This document shows positions 26,780-36,976 of a stretch of DNA of 43,584 nt, one piece after another; positions within the stretch are counted from its first letter, which is position 1; each line of letters opens with the position of its first letter. A model generated the notes under the pieces. It was given only the letters and a program-made list of their open reading frames with translations. It had not been told where the DNA came from and searched no databases. The stretch is from the IMG/VR virus record IMGVR_UViG_3300020045_018745, positions 1-43,584 of that record. One strand, 5' to 3'. Origin of the DNA: a virus. Its lineage: Duplodnaviria > Caudoviricetes. The translations under genes were made by a program, and so were the position numbers.

Positions 26780-29584
26780 ATGGCATTTATCGAACAGCAA
26801 GAGATATTAGATTCCACAGCCGGTGGACTGGATATCATATTTCATTATTATCCTCAGGCAAAAGCAGCGCAGGAAACTGCCGAAAAACGTTTCAAAATTC
26901 GCGGCGACGAAAAAACCCCTTCAGCGGCACTCAAGCAACTAAAGGATGGCGTGTGGGTGGTGACCGATTTTGGCGGCGACCAAACCCCACGCAACGGGAT
27001 CCAGATTTGTATGAAGGAAGAATCGATTACCTTCCGCGAATCGTTGGTGATGCTGGCCGATCGCTACGGCGTTGGCGGCATAAAGTCTGAATTAAACAAA
27101 TCGGATTTCGACAAGCGCCCGGCCACCCCGGAAGAAAAAGAAGGGGATTACATCTTCAGTGTAAAAGAAAAATTGACCGATGCCGAACTGAAGGTATTGG
27201 GGCCAAAAGTAACACACGACATTTGCGAACGCTACCACGTGTTTTCGCTCAATTCGTTCACCTACATCAAAAACCGTGAAGCGCTTATCACCAGCTCAAA
27301 CGATCGTTTTCCAATCTTCATGTTCGACTATGGCGACTGGAAAAAGATTTATCAGCCACTCAATGCCGATAAGCAATACCGGTTTCGCTATGTAGGCACA
27401 AAGCCAAAAGATTTCATCAACGGGATGGAATATTTGAATAAGGCCTACGAAAAGCATAAAAGCGCTCAGCTCAACGAGCAATCGGAAGACGATAAAGATC
27501 ATGAAATAAAAAAACTGGATGAAGCAATCATTTGTTCCGGCGAACGTGACGCACTTAACTGTGCCGGTTATGGCTACATCCCCATCTGGATGAATTCTGA
27601 AACGGCCACACTGTCGGGGAAGGATTACAAAGCCATTGCGCGGTGTGTTGAAAAGATTTACAACCTTCCTGATATCGACGATACCGGCGTACGTGCTGCC
27701 ATCAAGCTGGGGATGGAATACATGGACATCCATCACATTTGGTTGCCCGATTCGCTTCGCAAGTTCAAAGATCCGCGCGGTCGTGGCCGGAAAGACTTTT
27801 TAGATTACATCGAAATTTACCCGACCGACTGGGATTTCAAAAAGCTGATCAACGTGGCCAAGCCGCTCCGGTTCTGGACTACTTCGGTTGGTAAAAACGG
27901 GGTGAAGCACAATTTGAGCTCAACAAATACCAGGTTCTTTTTGCAGAGTAACGGTTTCTTCCAGATCGAAAACAAAAACTCCAAAACCGGCCAGATGTTT
28001 GTCCAGGTGAAAGGCAACATCGTTAAAGAGGTTCAGACAAAGGATATCAAATCATTCCTGATCGGGTTTTGTGAAGACAAATACCTGAGTAATGAAATTT
28101 TGGAGCTGCTCCTGAATACCAACCGGCTGGGAGAAGGAACGCTTACAGGCCTAAGACAAATCGACATCGACTTTACCGACTACGATCACGATGCGCAATA
28201 CCTATTTTTTCAGAATAAAACTTGGAAAGTAACAGCGAGCGAAATTACGGAGAGTCGCCCGGGCGAAATTGACCGCTACGTTTGGGAAGATGAAGTGATC
28301 ACCCACAACGTGAAGAAAATCGACGATTTTTTCAAGATTACCGAGAAGCCGGTCGTTGGTTACGACATCGAGATATTCAATACCAATTCAAAATACTTCT
28401 CCTTCCTGATCAACGGTTCGCGCATTCATTGGCGCAAAGAACTTGAAAAAGGCATGGAGGAACTTCCGGAGAAAGAACAGGAAGAATACCGGAAGGCGCA
28501 CAAATTCAGCATCGACGGTCCGCGGCTTACTCCTGAAGAAATTATGGAACAAAAGCTGCACCTGATCAACAAAATATTCTCGATCGGGTACGTGCTGCAC
28601 CGGCACAAAACGCAATCGAAAGCCTGGTGTGTGTTCGCTATGGACAATGTGATTGGCGAAGATGGCGAGAGTAATGGCCGCTCCGGGAAGTCGGCAGGAT
28701 ACAAAGCGCTGCGCCCGTTTATGAAATCGGTCACCCTCTCCGGACGCAACCCGAAGCTGACCGATAATCCTCACTTGTACGATCGTGTTACCGAGCATAC
28801 GGATTACATTTTGGTTGATGATGCAGACCAATACCTGAACTACAAATTCTTTTTCGACAGCATCACCGGTGAACTGATTGTGAACCCGAAAAACAACCAG
28901 TCGTACGAAATCCCATTCGAGAAAGCGCCTAAGTTCGTATTTACCTCCAACCATGCCCAGCGCAATCTGGATCCATCGCTTGAGGCGCGTTTGCTCTACA
29001 ATGTATTTTCAGACTATTACCATCAGCAATCAGACAGTAACGATTACCTGGAGACACGAGGTATCCGCGACGATTTTGGAAAAGATTTGTACGGATACGA
29101 TTATGGAGAGGCTGAATGGAATGCAGATTTTAATTTTTTCGCCCAGTGCATCAGGTTTTACCTATCAGTCCCCTCACCCCGTAAGATAAATCCGCCGATG
29201 GGAAATGTAACCCTACGGAACATGCTGGCAGAAATGACACAACCATTCAAGGATTGGGCAGATGCTTATTTTGATCCTGAAGGTTCGAACATTGATAGCC
29301 TGATCATCAAGAAAACGGCCATGGATGATTTTATCCTGAAAACAAATAACAAGGGATGGACTACCAACAAATTCACCAAGGCCATGAAAAGCTGGTGCCG
29401 GTACTACGGTTTCACATTTAACCCGAAAGCCTACCAGAATAGCCAAAAGCGCATCAGTAAGAAAGTTGAAGGGGTTACCGAAGACATGATTTACGTGCAA
29501 ACCAAAACCGAAATACTTAACCCGCTCGATTTATCGGATGATTCAGATTTTAGTGTGATACCGGATGATCAAAAACCATTCTGA
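26780..29584 (+). CDS. DNA primase-helicase (TOPRIM plus P-loop NTPase)
   Basis: IICSGERDA and PDIDDTG TOPRIM motifs; Walker A GRSGKS; Walker B ILVDD. Confidence 0.85.
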   Translation: MAFIEQQEILDSTAGGLDIIFHYYPQAKAAQETAEKRFKIRGDEKTPSAALKQLKDGVWVVTDFGGDQTPRNGIQICMKEESITFRESLVMLADRYGVGGIKSELNKSDFDKRPATPEEKEGDYIFSVKEKLTDAELKVLGPKVTHDICERYHVFSLNSFTYIKNREALITSSNDRFPIFMFDYGDWKKIYQPLNADKQYRFRYVGTKPKDFINGMEYLNKAYEKHKSAQLNEQSEDDKDHEIKKLDEAIICSGERDALNCAGYGYIPIWMNSETATLSGKDYKAIARCVEKIYNLPDIDDTGVRAAIKLGMEYMDIHHIWLPDSLRKFKDPRGRGRKDFLDYIEIYPTDWDFKKLINVAKPLRFWTTSVGKNGVKHNLSSTNTRFFLQSNGFFQIENKNSKTGQMFVQVKGNIVKEVQTKDIKSFLIGFCEDKYLSNEILELLLNTNRLGEGTLTGLRQIDIDFTDYDHDAQYLFFQNKTWKVTASEITESRPGEIDRYVWEDEVITHNVKKIDDFFKITEKPVVGYDIEIFNTNSKYFSFLINGSRIHWRKELEKGMEELPEKEQEEYRKAHKFSIDGPRLTPEEIMEQKLHLINKIFSIGYVLHRHKTQSKAWCVFAMDNVIGEDGESNGRSGKSAGYKALRPFMKSVTLSGRNPKLTDNPHLYDRVTEHTDYILVDDADQYLNYKFFFDSITGELIVNPKNNQSYEIPFEKAPKFVFTSNHAQRNLDPSLEARLLYNVFSDYYHQQSDSNDYLETRGIRDDFGKDLYGYDYGEAEWNADFNFFAQCIRFYLSVPSPRKINPPMGNVTLRNMLAEMTQPFKDWADAYFDPEGSNIDSLIIKKTAMDDFILKTNNKGWTTNKFTKAMKSWCRYYGFTFNPKAYQNSQKRISKKVEGVTEDMIYVQTKTEILNPLDLSDDSDFSVIPDDQKPF

Positions 29585-29586
29585 TT

Positions 29587-29850
29587 ATGAGAACAGGAGA
29601 TGAATATACAGAATCAGTTTTCAATTTCTTGGACGAGGCACCGCCTAATAGCACTTATACAGTCGAAAATTTGACTACAAGTGAAACCCGTGCTCAATTT
29701 ATCGAAGCGGTGAAGCTCTACATCCGGTCGTACGATTATGGCGGCGGAGTTGAATTCAATACCGACTATACGAAGATCCGGATCTTGGAAATCCCGATAG
29801 AAGCCTGGAGAGATTTATGGAAATGTAAACTTGAAAAAAGTAAACAATAA
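29587..29850 (+). CDS. Hypothetical protein
   Basis: 87 aa, adjacent to the primase. Confidence 0.6.
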   Translation: MRTGDEYTESVFNFLDEAPPNSTYTVENLTTSETRAQFIEAVKLYIRSYDYGGGVEFNTDYTKIRILEIPIEAWRDLWKCKLEKSKQ

Positions 29851-29931
29851 TGAACCTGAATCAGATCTATATCAGATATTAACCGATAAATGGAATGAAG
29901 AAAATAAGTTATACAATTTAAAACCAATCAA

Positions 29932-30186
29932 ATGAAAAAACCAGAATTTAACTTAGAACATCAGTACCAGCTCTATTTGCAAAGAGTTGGATTATCTGAA
30001 ACCCTAATGCCGGTTGCGCAAATGCGAGAATCCAAACGTGCATTTATGGGCGCCTGCGGGCAAATATTGATCATGCTCCGCGACGATGTTGGGAAGCTTG
30101 AAGAAAACGATGCTGTTATGACGCTTGATAGCCTTGTAACCCAAGTAAGTAATTTCTGGTTGACTGAAACTAAAAGAGTTAACTGA
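29932..30186 (+). CDS. Hypothetical protein
   Basis: 84 aa. Confidence 0.6.
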   Translation: MKKPEFNLEHQYQLYLQRVGLSETLMPVAQMRESKRAFMGACGQILIMLRDDVGKLEENDAVMTLDSLVTQVSNFWLTETKRVN

Positions 30187-30187
30187 T

Positions 30188-30418
30188 ATGGACAAATACA
30201 ACTTTTTTGAAGGACTTGATGCATTTGGGAAGGTAGAACAGAACGAAAAGAAGGAAGGAAAGTACTTTATTAAGATTACTGAAGGATTCAAAACATACGC
30301 TGCCAATTGCGGAATATTACTTGATCTTATTCTTGAAGCTATACCAGAAAAGAACCTGGTAATCGAACAATTCAATTCAGACAAAAATCTATTCTGGTTG
30401 ATTATTAAACCAAAGTAA
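30188..30418 (+). CDS. Hypothetical protein
   Basis: 76 aa. Confidence 0.5.
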   Translation: MDKYNFFEGLDAFGKVEQNEKKEGKYFIKITEGFKTYAANCGILLDLILEAIPEKNLVIEQFNSDKNLFWLIIKPK

Positions 30419-30479
30419 TAATGAATCTGATATCATTCGATAAAACTTCGAAATCACATTAACCAATAAAACCAAAATT

Positions 30480-30878
30480 ATGGAACAACATTTTATCACC
30501 GTTAACTGCTATTCAACCAAGAACAAGGCACACGAGAAAGCACAGCAATTTGTAGCGAAGTATGACAAATGCCTGATTGACGATCTTAAACTTTCTGAGC
30601 TGCTCGACCTGTTCAAAAAAGAAATACGGGCAATAAACGAAAAATACACCCGGTGCCAGAACATCAAATGGGGCACAAGTTCATTCACCGATGGCCACTC
30701 CAGTTTCTTTGTAGAAGGTAATTTTCACATGAGCATTACTGAAGTCAGACGGTATGAAATAAGCGTTCCTGAATGCAAGCACCCATATACCGATTACGAC
30801 GGGACCTCGGAACATGCAACGTGTAAGAGTTGTGGCGAAAGAGTAAAAGTAAACGGATGGAAGGAGCCAGCAGAATGA
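30480..30878 (+). CDS. Hypothetical protein with C-terminal zinc-ribbon-like motif
   Basis: CKHP...CKSCG. Confidence 0.6.
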   Translation: MEQHFITVNCYSTKNKAHEKAQQFVAKYDKCLIDDLKLSELLDLFKKEIRAINEKYTRCQNIKWGTSSFTDGHSSFFVEGNFHMSITEVRRYEISVPECKHPYTDYDGTSEHATCKSCGERVKVNGWKEPAE

Positions 30879-31195
30879 TTGAATTCAAAAAGAAATTTTC
30901 AATGCAGAATGGCAATAAGGTGACTAAAAAGAATTGGAATAAAGTCATTGCCATTTCAACCGAACCAGACAATTGTCATCAAGGATACCCGGAAATAGAA
31001 CGGATTAGAAAGCAGGATGGAGCTTACTTTAATAAATGGAAATTAGTTTTTGAAAAAAATGAAGCCCCGGAGCGAACTGGATATATTTTTCGGGAAGTAA
31101 TCACCAATTCCGGTATAAATGGCTTTCACAAAACATTTAAGGAGGCTATCTGGTGGGCCATGAAAAATACCATTCACGTATATCTCGAAGAATAG
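30875..31195 (+). CDS. Hypothetical protein
   Basis: Start reassigned to ATG 30875 (ATGA overlap). Confidence 0.55.
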   Translation: MIEFKKKFSMQNGNKVTKKNWNKVIAISTEPDNCHQGYPEIERIRKQDGAYFNKWKLVFEKNEAPERTGYIFREVITNSGINGFHKTFKEAIWWAMKNTIHVYLEE

Positions 31196-31197
31196 CG

Positions 31198-31428
31198 ATG
31201 ATAGTCCAATTTCACGTACTTCAGGAACATACTGAAACCAAAGAACCCCGGCACGAGCCACTATACACCCAGGAGTGGGGATTTATTACCGTTGGCCAGA
31301 CCACAACTTTAGCTGGAGTAATATACCGTGTTGATTCGCTTGAATGGATAGACCAGAAAGCTGGTGTGCTAAAAGCTGTTTGTTTGGTTGTTCCATCACC
31401 GGCTACGCACACCAATAGACCAATTTGA
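31198..31428 (+). CDS. Hypothetical protein
   Basis: Start reassigned to ATG 31198. Confidence 0.5.
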   Translation: MIVQFHVLQEHTETKEPRHEPLYTQEWGFITVGQTTTLAGVIYRVDSLEWIDQKAGVLKAVCLVVPSPATHTNRPI

Positions 31429-31440
31429 AACACGAAGATT

Positions 31441-31857
31441 ATGAATGATAAAAAAATAAATCCATATTTTGAAGATTATAATGATTTTGTACTGTCTTCT
31501 GATGAAATTGAAAATATAAAAACAAACACAGAATTAGTTTATGTCGATGATGAAAAAAGATGGGAAAAAGTAATCTTTATAAAGAGCGATAGCAATGAAA
31601 GCTTTATTTGTGATATGGATTTTCCACACAAAAAATATAAGTCTATTCTAACAAATAAGCTGATATTATCTACAAAATTTAAGTATCAATCAAACGGATG
31701 CTGTTTTGAATGTTGGCATAAAGACGTTAGAAATAAGTTGTGCGAACAGGGATTTGAAACTATTTATAGTGAGTGTATGGAAAATATTGGAGATAAGCGA
31801 GGATTGACTCCTTATCCAGAACAGTTTAAATGTTTTAAATCGCGTTACAGTTATTGA
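31441..31857 (+). CDS. AT-rich hypothetical protein, Cys-rich C-terminus
   Basis: 138 aa; visibly lower GC than its neighbours. Confidence 0.5.
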   Translation: MNDKKINPYFEDYNDFVLSSDEIENIKTNTELVYVDDEKRWEKVIFIKSDSNESFICDMDFPHKKYKSILTNKLILSTKFKYQSNGCCFECWHKDVRNKLCEQGFETIYSECMENIGDKRGLTPYPEQFKCFKSRYSY

Positions 31858-31865
31858 ACATACCT

Positions 31866-31899
31866 AAGCAGCCTGATCCTACCCGGTCAGGCTGCTTTT
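31866..31899 (+). terminator. Terminator of the early operon
   Basis: AAGCAGCCTGA...TCAGGCTGCTTTT. Confidence 0.75.
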
Positions 31900-32370
31900 A
31901 TTATATATCTGCCAGCAAGCGATACATTTACACATGTGTGTTTTTTCAAACATGTTATTTATCATTATTTACATACAGACAACCAAAAGCGGAACGCCCA
32001 AATTTTAACAAAATTTGGTAAAAACTGGTACCGGGAGTTAGACAGATCTACCAGCCGAACAGTCCGGGATCGGTAACCTTCATCAAAGCACCAATGCTCC
32101 GGATCCTGGATACTGACAGAACGGAGCGAAACCCGGACACATCATCAAACCCGGCCATCAATGATCAGGGCGAACCGGTACGCCTTCTCAACCACTCCCG
32201 GAGGCCACAGGGGAACCCAAGGTGGCGGAGCTAACATTTATTCATTGCTTTTTTTGATGCCATGCCCCGCTCCCTTCCAGTCACAGTTGACGTGTCGCCG
32301 ACCCCGGGATCGCCGCTTTCGTCCTGGGGGCGTTCTTTTCCTTTCCTTACCTTTTATTTATTTACTACTA

Positions 32371-32612
32371 AAAAATTGTAACTCTGTAACTACACTCAAA
32401 AAGTAATGAATATTAGAGAGTTGTGAGGTTACAAATTGATTTTTTGAATTGTGCCGGTTACAAAAAATTTGTAACCTCAAAAAATGAGAAATCCGGTTAC
32501 AAATTTTTATCAAGGCAGCTACATTTTTGAAAACCGGAAGTGTAACGGTTAAATAACTAAATATTAAATGGTTAACCTTTAAAAGTTACGAAGTTACGCC
32601 GTTACAAAAAAT
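32371..32612. other. Putative replication origin (GTAAC/GTTAC iteron cluster)
   Basis: About 10 GTAAC/GTTAC motifs in both orientations with A/T tracts, in non-coding DNA. Confidence 0.55.
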
Positions 32613-32757
32613 TAGTACAAAATCAGTATAAGGAGAGTTAATTGTAAGAAGCTCGCATTTTAGAATTTTCTAATTTACAATTAGAAAATCGAGTATCTTA
32701 GTAGCGCTTCATTCACCGGTTTTTAAAGTGTCTAACTTTTTAACCCGTGATAACTAT

Positions 32758-33309
32758 ATGTCAGTAACAGGAATTACAATTAGAGTAAGAATGCACCCGA
32801 TGCATGCCGATTTTACCAAACATGTGCTTGAGGCCAATAAACAGGGTCAGGTAGTTGCTTCAGAAAAGCACGCATTTGGTTTACTCATTAAAAACCTGCT
32901 CCGAAGCCAGCCACGTTTTCCACCAAAAATAAATTACGATGCCGGTTCATACGTCGAGTTCATTCTTCCGGCTTACGATGATGTGAACAATGAATTCCGC
33001 AATTACATCTCCGAAAATTCGGAACGTATCATCGCATCCAAAATCCGATCGCGATTTAATTACGAGTTGCACGAATGGGTAATGTCGATGAAAGGATCCG
33101 GACTGACTGAAATTCGCCGTTCAATTTTACTATTCTGCGAAACGATGGAAATAAGCGAGGAGTCGTTCAAATACAATTCCCTGGAACGGGAATATAAAAG
33201 ATATCGCGATAGGTTAGAAATTGTGAAAAAAACAAGGAAAATAGCATCATGTTTTGAGCTGTTTTTGTCCATCGCGAGTCCGTTACTTGTCTGTTTTGGT
33301 GGTGTTTAA
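32758..33309 (+). CDS. Hypothetical protein (candidate late-gene regulator)
   Basis: ORF track 32728-33309, ATG 32758 preferred; lies just before the head genes and is preceded by an 11-bp inverted repeat at 32665-32689. Confidence 0.5.
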   Translation: MSVTGITIRVRMHPMHADFTKHVLEANKQGQVVASEKHAFGLLIKNLLRSQPRFPPKINYDAGSYVEFILPAYDDVNNEFRNYISENSERIIASKIRSRFNYELHEWVMSMKGSGLTEIRRSILLFCETMEISEESFKYNSLEREYKRYRDRLEIVKKTRKIASCFELFLSIASPLLVCFGGV

Positions 33310-33348
33310 ACATGTGTTATTCATAAATATTTGATACTCAGAACAATA

Positions 33349-33732
33349 ATGAAAACATTAGCCAATTATTTTAAAATAGTGCCGTTAACCGACTATAATA
33401 ATTTTGATGGTGAGCAACTAATTACCAATTCAGGAAGTAATCCTGACCATATTCCGACCAACAACAATTTGGTGCTGGCCGATATCCCCGATGACGGCAG
33501 CGGTGCCGGGCCATTGTTCAAACAATCGCTTAAGGCGGTAGCGGATAAGCTTACAGAAGCCCAGCGGTCAGTATATGTAACCCGTCGCCTGGTAATGGTT
33601 TTGCTTTATACCGATGATGGCGCTCCTGTATTGTGGGGAAGTACAGACTATCCGGTCAGGATCACAATCACGCCCACTCCGGATGTAGATATTATTGAAT
33701 TTAAACGTATTGCTTTAAAATCGGTATTTTAA
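33349..33732 (+). CDS. Hypothetical phage protein
   Basis: ATG 33349 preferred over TTG 33331. Confidence 0.55.
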   Translation: MKTLANYFKIVPLTDYNNFDGEQLITNSGSNPDHIPTNNNLVLADIPDDGSGAGPLFKQSLKAVADKLTEAQRSVYVTRRLVMVLLYTDDGAPVLWGSTDYPVRITITPTPDVDIIEFKRIALKSVF

Positions 33733-33832
33733 TTACTATTTCTCCCTTCGACTGCTTCGCGCTCAGGGAGCGCTGCGCTAATCATCATTGATGTCGCGCC
33801 AACGGACATGGTATGGACAGCGTTTTTGTTAA

Positions 33833-33867
33833 GTCCTTTTACCGCCTGTAAAGCCTTCGCACATTTG
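33833..33867 (+). promoter_or_regulatory. Putative late promoter copy 5 (head operon)
   Basis: GTCCTTT-N24-TTTG. Confidence 0.7.
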
Positions 33868-33877
33868 GTCAACATTA

Positions 33878-34834
33878 ATGAATAACCACATGTCGAAGGT
33901 TTTAATTTTCTCCGAAATATCCCGTATTCTTTCATCATCCCACATATTCTGCACTGCCCAGGCAGCTCAGGAGTTCCTTGCCGATTTATTTTTGGCCGAA
34001 AAACAAGGATTCTTTTTTGATGAAATGCCCACTTACCAGGAGTTGACAAAAAAAGCAGTTACCAAACTTGCTGAAGAAACCAACATTCCGCTTACCTGTG
34101 ATTATACCGATGCCGAACTGGAGAATGAAGCGATTGCGTATTACCGCATCAAGGGTATGATCATGGGTGAGTCGAACTGGTGGTTCTCTACCAAACAGTT
34201 TGTGGAAGATGTGCAGGCCGCTGAAGAAAACCCGATGATTATGGCTCACTTTCTCCATGCCAATTCGGGCGGTGGCGATACCTGGTTTCTTGATATTGCT
34301 TTTCAAACACTGATGAAAGCCACCAAGCCGGTCGTTACCATCATCGAGCGTGTCGGAGCCAGTGCATGTATTTACCTGGTATGCCCTTCATCTAAAATTT
34401 ATGCAGCTACCCAAAACGAAATACTTGGATCTATCGGAACCATGGTCTCTTTCATGGATTTCAAACCCTACTATGAAACTCAGGGCGTCAAGTTCATTGA
34501 AGAGTATGCTACAAAATCAATATTCAAAAACAAAAAATTCAATGACCTCGCACATGGAAAACCAGAACAGTTCATCAAAGACGAACTCGACCCGCTCCAG
34601 CAACAATTCGAAGCGGCAGTTAGAAAAGCAAGGCCAAAGGCCGGAGAACTCCCGGAAGATCATCCACTCTTCGGAGGCGAGACTTTCGCTACTCAGGCAG
34701 CCACGGACCTTTTCCTGATCGACGGTCAGAAATCATTAAAAGAAGCGCTCAACGAAGCTTACCGGCTAGGGCAATCCTATGTAGGGAAGCAACGTGAAAA
34801 AAATAAGGCACTTAAATTTATTAATCATTATTAA
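33878..34834 (+). CDS. Prohead protease, S49 peptidase family
   Basis: NSGGG, ASACIYL and GSIGT motifs; precedes the capsid gene. Confidence 0.85.
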   Translation: MNNHMSKVLIFSEISRILSSSHIFCTAQAAQEFLADLFLAEKQGFFFDEMPTYQELTKKAVTKLAEETNIPLTCDYTDAELENEAIAYYRIKGMIMGESNWWFSTKQFVEDVQAAEENPMIMAHFLHANSGGGDTWFLDIAFQTLMKATKPVVTIIERVGASACIYLVCPSSKIYAATQNEILGSIGTMVSFMDFKPYYETQGVKFIEEYATKSIFKNKKFNDLAHGKPEQFIKDELDPLQQQFEAAVRKARPKAGELPEDHPLFGGETFATQAATDLFLIDGQKSLKEALNEAYRLGQSYVGKQREKNKALKFINHY

Positions 34835-34848
34835 TTACTCAATTCGTT

Positions 34849-36888
34849 ATGAAAACATTCAGAGAAAAGCTTATGGCTATTCTGGTTGTCTTAGGTTTTG
34901 TTGAAAAACAAAAATCGAATAAGCTGACGAAGGAAGAACTGGATCAGGTTGTTGCAAAATACAACGAAACCCATAGTTCTGACTTCTATGCTGATTTGAA
35001 AGCAGATCAGGAACAAGCTGAAAAAGCAGCTGCACATGATGCAGCAATGGCTATTATAGCCAAACTTGTCACCGCTGAAGAAAAAACCGGTGAAGAAACT
35101 ACTGACAAAACAGAAACTCCTGAGAAGGAAGGTAAAACTGTTGATCTAGCTCAATCTATTCAGGAATTGGCAACTAAAAATTCCAGTCTTGAAAAATCAA
35201 ACAAGGATCTTTCCGAGAAAGTCGAAAAGTTATCCCTTACCCTCGAAAACGACAATCCAAAAAGAGGAACCATGAAAGTTGAAGGTTTTGCCCTCGCTCA
35301 CACTGAAAAACATGCATTTGGTATTGATCATGCTATGTTTTCGGCTGACAAAAGATGGAATAAAATTGCCATCAATCCAAAGTTTGCCGATTTAACTGCT
35401 CCATCAGATGATGAAGCAAAAGCATTTCATGCTGAAGTTGTTGGTTTTGGTAAATCATTGGCCGCTCGTTATGCTTTCCTGAAAGCAAACAACCTGCTTG
35501 ATCCTAACAAACTGATGGAAACATCGGTCGCTTTCGGTACCGATGGTGTTGACAATGCGTTGGGTAACCAATACATTACCCGCCGTCAGGATGCGTTCAT
35601 AGCACAGATCCTGACGACAAAAAATGTTTATGACTTCTTTCCACGCCGGTACAATGTGCAGGATATGGAATTGATCATTAATGCATTATTTGGCGAAGTT
35701 ACTCAAGGCTGGCAAGAAGGCCGCGTTTTCAAGGGTGACGTTGATCTTCAGCCAGAAATGGGTCACGTTGATGACGTTTCTGTGAAATTGAAATTCGATC
35801 CAATGAAAAAATTGGAACGTAAATACATCGGCTATTACAATACCGAAGGATCTGATCCGGTAAAATGGGGAATGATAGAATGGTATTTGTTAGGTGCTTT
35901 CAAAAAAGCCATTCAAGAACAAAACAAACGTAAAGTTCTGGGATGCGCTGTAGCTCCTGAAACCGGAATCGCAGGTCCGTCAATCAATTCATCAACTGGA
36001 GTGATCTGGACGCTGATCCGTTATTTCAACCAGAATAAGATGTTGCTTTTGGGTGACTCTGCGCTGGCATCTTACGATAAAACGACCATGCTGGCAACAG
36101 TTGAAGCGTTCCTTGATGCTTTCCTTGCAAAAAAAGGAGAACAGGAAAAAGACGAATTTACACTCGTTTTGAACTACGAACACCAGCCTTGGTGGATCAA
36201 GAATGTAAGAACCAGCTATGGTGAACAGACTGACTTTGCCGGAGTGAAATTAGGAACCGTTCCTGATTACAACATTCCAATTTACTGGTGTCCTGGTATG
36301 GAAAACCTTCCATTCATGATCTTGACAAAACCGGGCAATGTTCAGTCTTTGGAAGATGTTCCTGGTGAAATGCTTTCAACTTATCTGCAATTGGATTTTG
36401 AAACTGTTTTGGCCCGCTTCCAGTGGAAAGAAGGTACAGCGGCGGCTTTCGTTGGTCCTAAATATGCAAACAAAGCTGCTTTGGTTGCTGCCGATTACTT
36501 CATGCAGCAGATATTCATGAACAAACCTGCCGTTGCTTTAGCTGATAATGCTACTACTGCAGCCGCTTCAGCAGGTTTCTGGTTTACATCGGTTGCAAAT
36601 ACTGGCGTTGGCGTTGGAGCTGCCGATTCTCCTTTGATCACCGATATTACCGGTGCCAAAAAAGGTCAGGTATATATTATCGAAACCGGATCGGCAACCA
36701 AACCGAATGCAATTGCTAAAGCTGGCAAATTTGCTGATATTGATGCATGGACTCCAACAGCTGTTGGTGATTACATCATGGTAACAATCAACGATGCCGG
36801 AACTAAATTCCGTGAACTTGAACGTTGCGTTGCCGGTGTTCGCACTGTCAACAAATTAGTACAGCCAACTCTTCCGGAGTCTCGCTAA
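34849..36888 (+). CDS. Major capsid protein with N-terminal scaffold region and C-terminal appended domain
   Basis: 679 aa after the protease; charged coiled-coil N-terminus; strongly biased codon usage. Confidence 0.75.
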   Translation: MKTFREKLMAILVVLGFVEKQKSNKLTKEELDQVVAKYNETHSSDFYADLKADQEQAEKAAAHDAAMAIIAKLVTAEEKTGEETTDKTETPEKEGKTVDLAQSIQELATKNSSLEKSNKDLSEKVEKLSLTLENDNPKRGTMKVEGFALAHTEKHAFGIDHAMFSADKRWNKIAINPKFADLTAPSDDEAKAFHAEVVGFGKSLAARYAFLKANNLLDPNKLMETSVAFGTDGVDNALGNQYITRRQDAFIAQILTTKNVYDFFPRRYNVQDMELIINALFGEVTQGWQEGRVFKGDVDLQPEMGHVDDVSVKLKFDPMKKLERKYIGYYNTEGSDPVKWGMIEWYLLGAFKKAIQEQNKRKVLGCAVAPETGIAGPSINSSTGVIWTLIRYFNQNKMLLLGDSALASYDKTTMLATVEAFLDAFLAKKGEQEKDEFTLVLNYEHQPWWIKNVRTSYGEQTDFAGVKLGTVPDYNIPIYWCPGMENLPFMILTKPGNVQSLEDVPGEMLSTYLQLDFETVLARFQWKEGTAAAFVGPKYANKAALVAADYFMQQIFMNKPAVALADNATTAAASAGFWFTSVANTGVGVGAADSPLITDITGAKKGQVYIIETGSATKPNAIAKAGKFADIDAWTPTAVGDYIMVTINDAGTKFRELERCVAGVRTVNKLVQPTLPESR

Positions 36889-36976
36889 TAGTATTGATTT
36901 CTGGCTTCGACTGCTTCGCGCTCAGCCAGCGTCGGAGCCAGAATCATCTTTTAAACTCTAAATATTAAATTTCGAT

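Noticed and set aside
32161-32406. 81-aa ORF, and the many short antisense ORFs in the track
   Set aside because: Atypical composition or complete overlap with longer, well-supported genes
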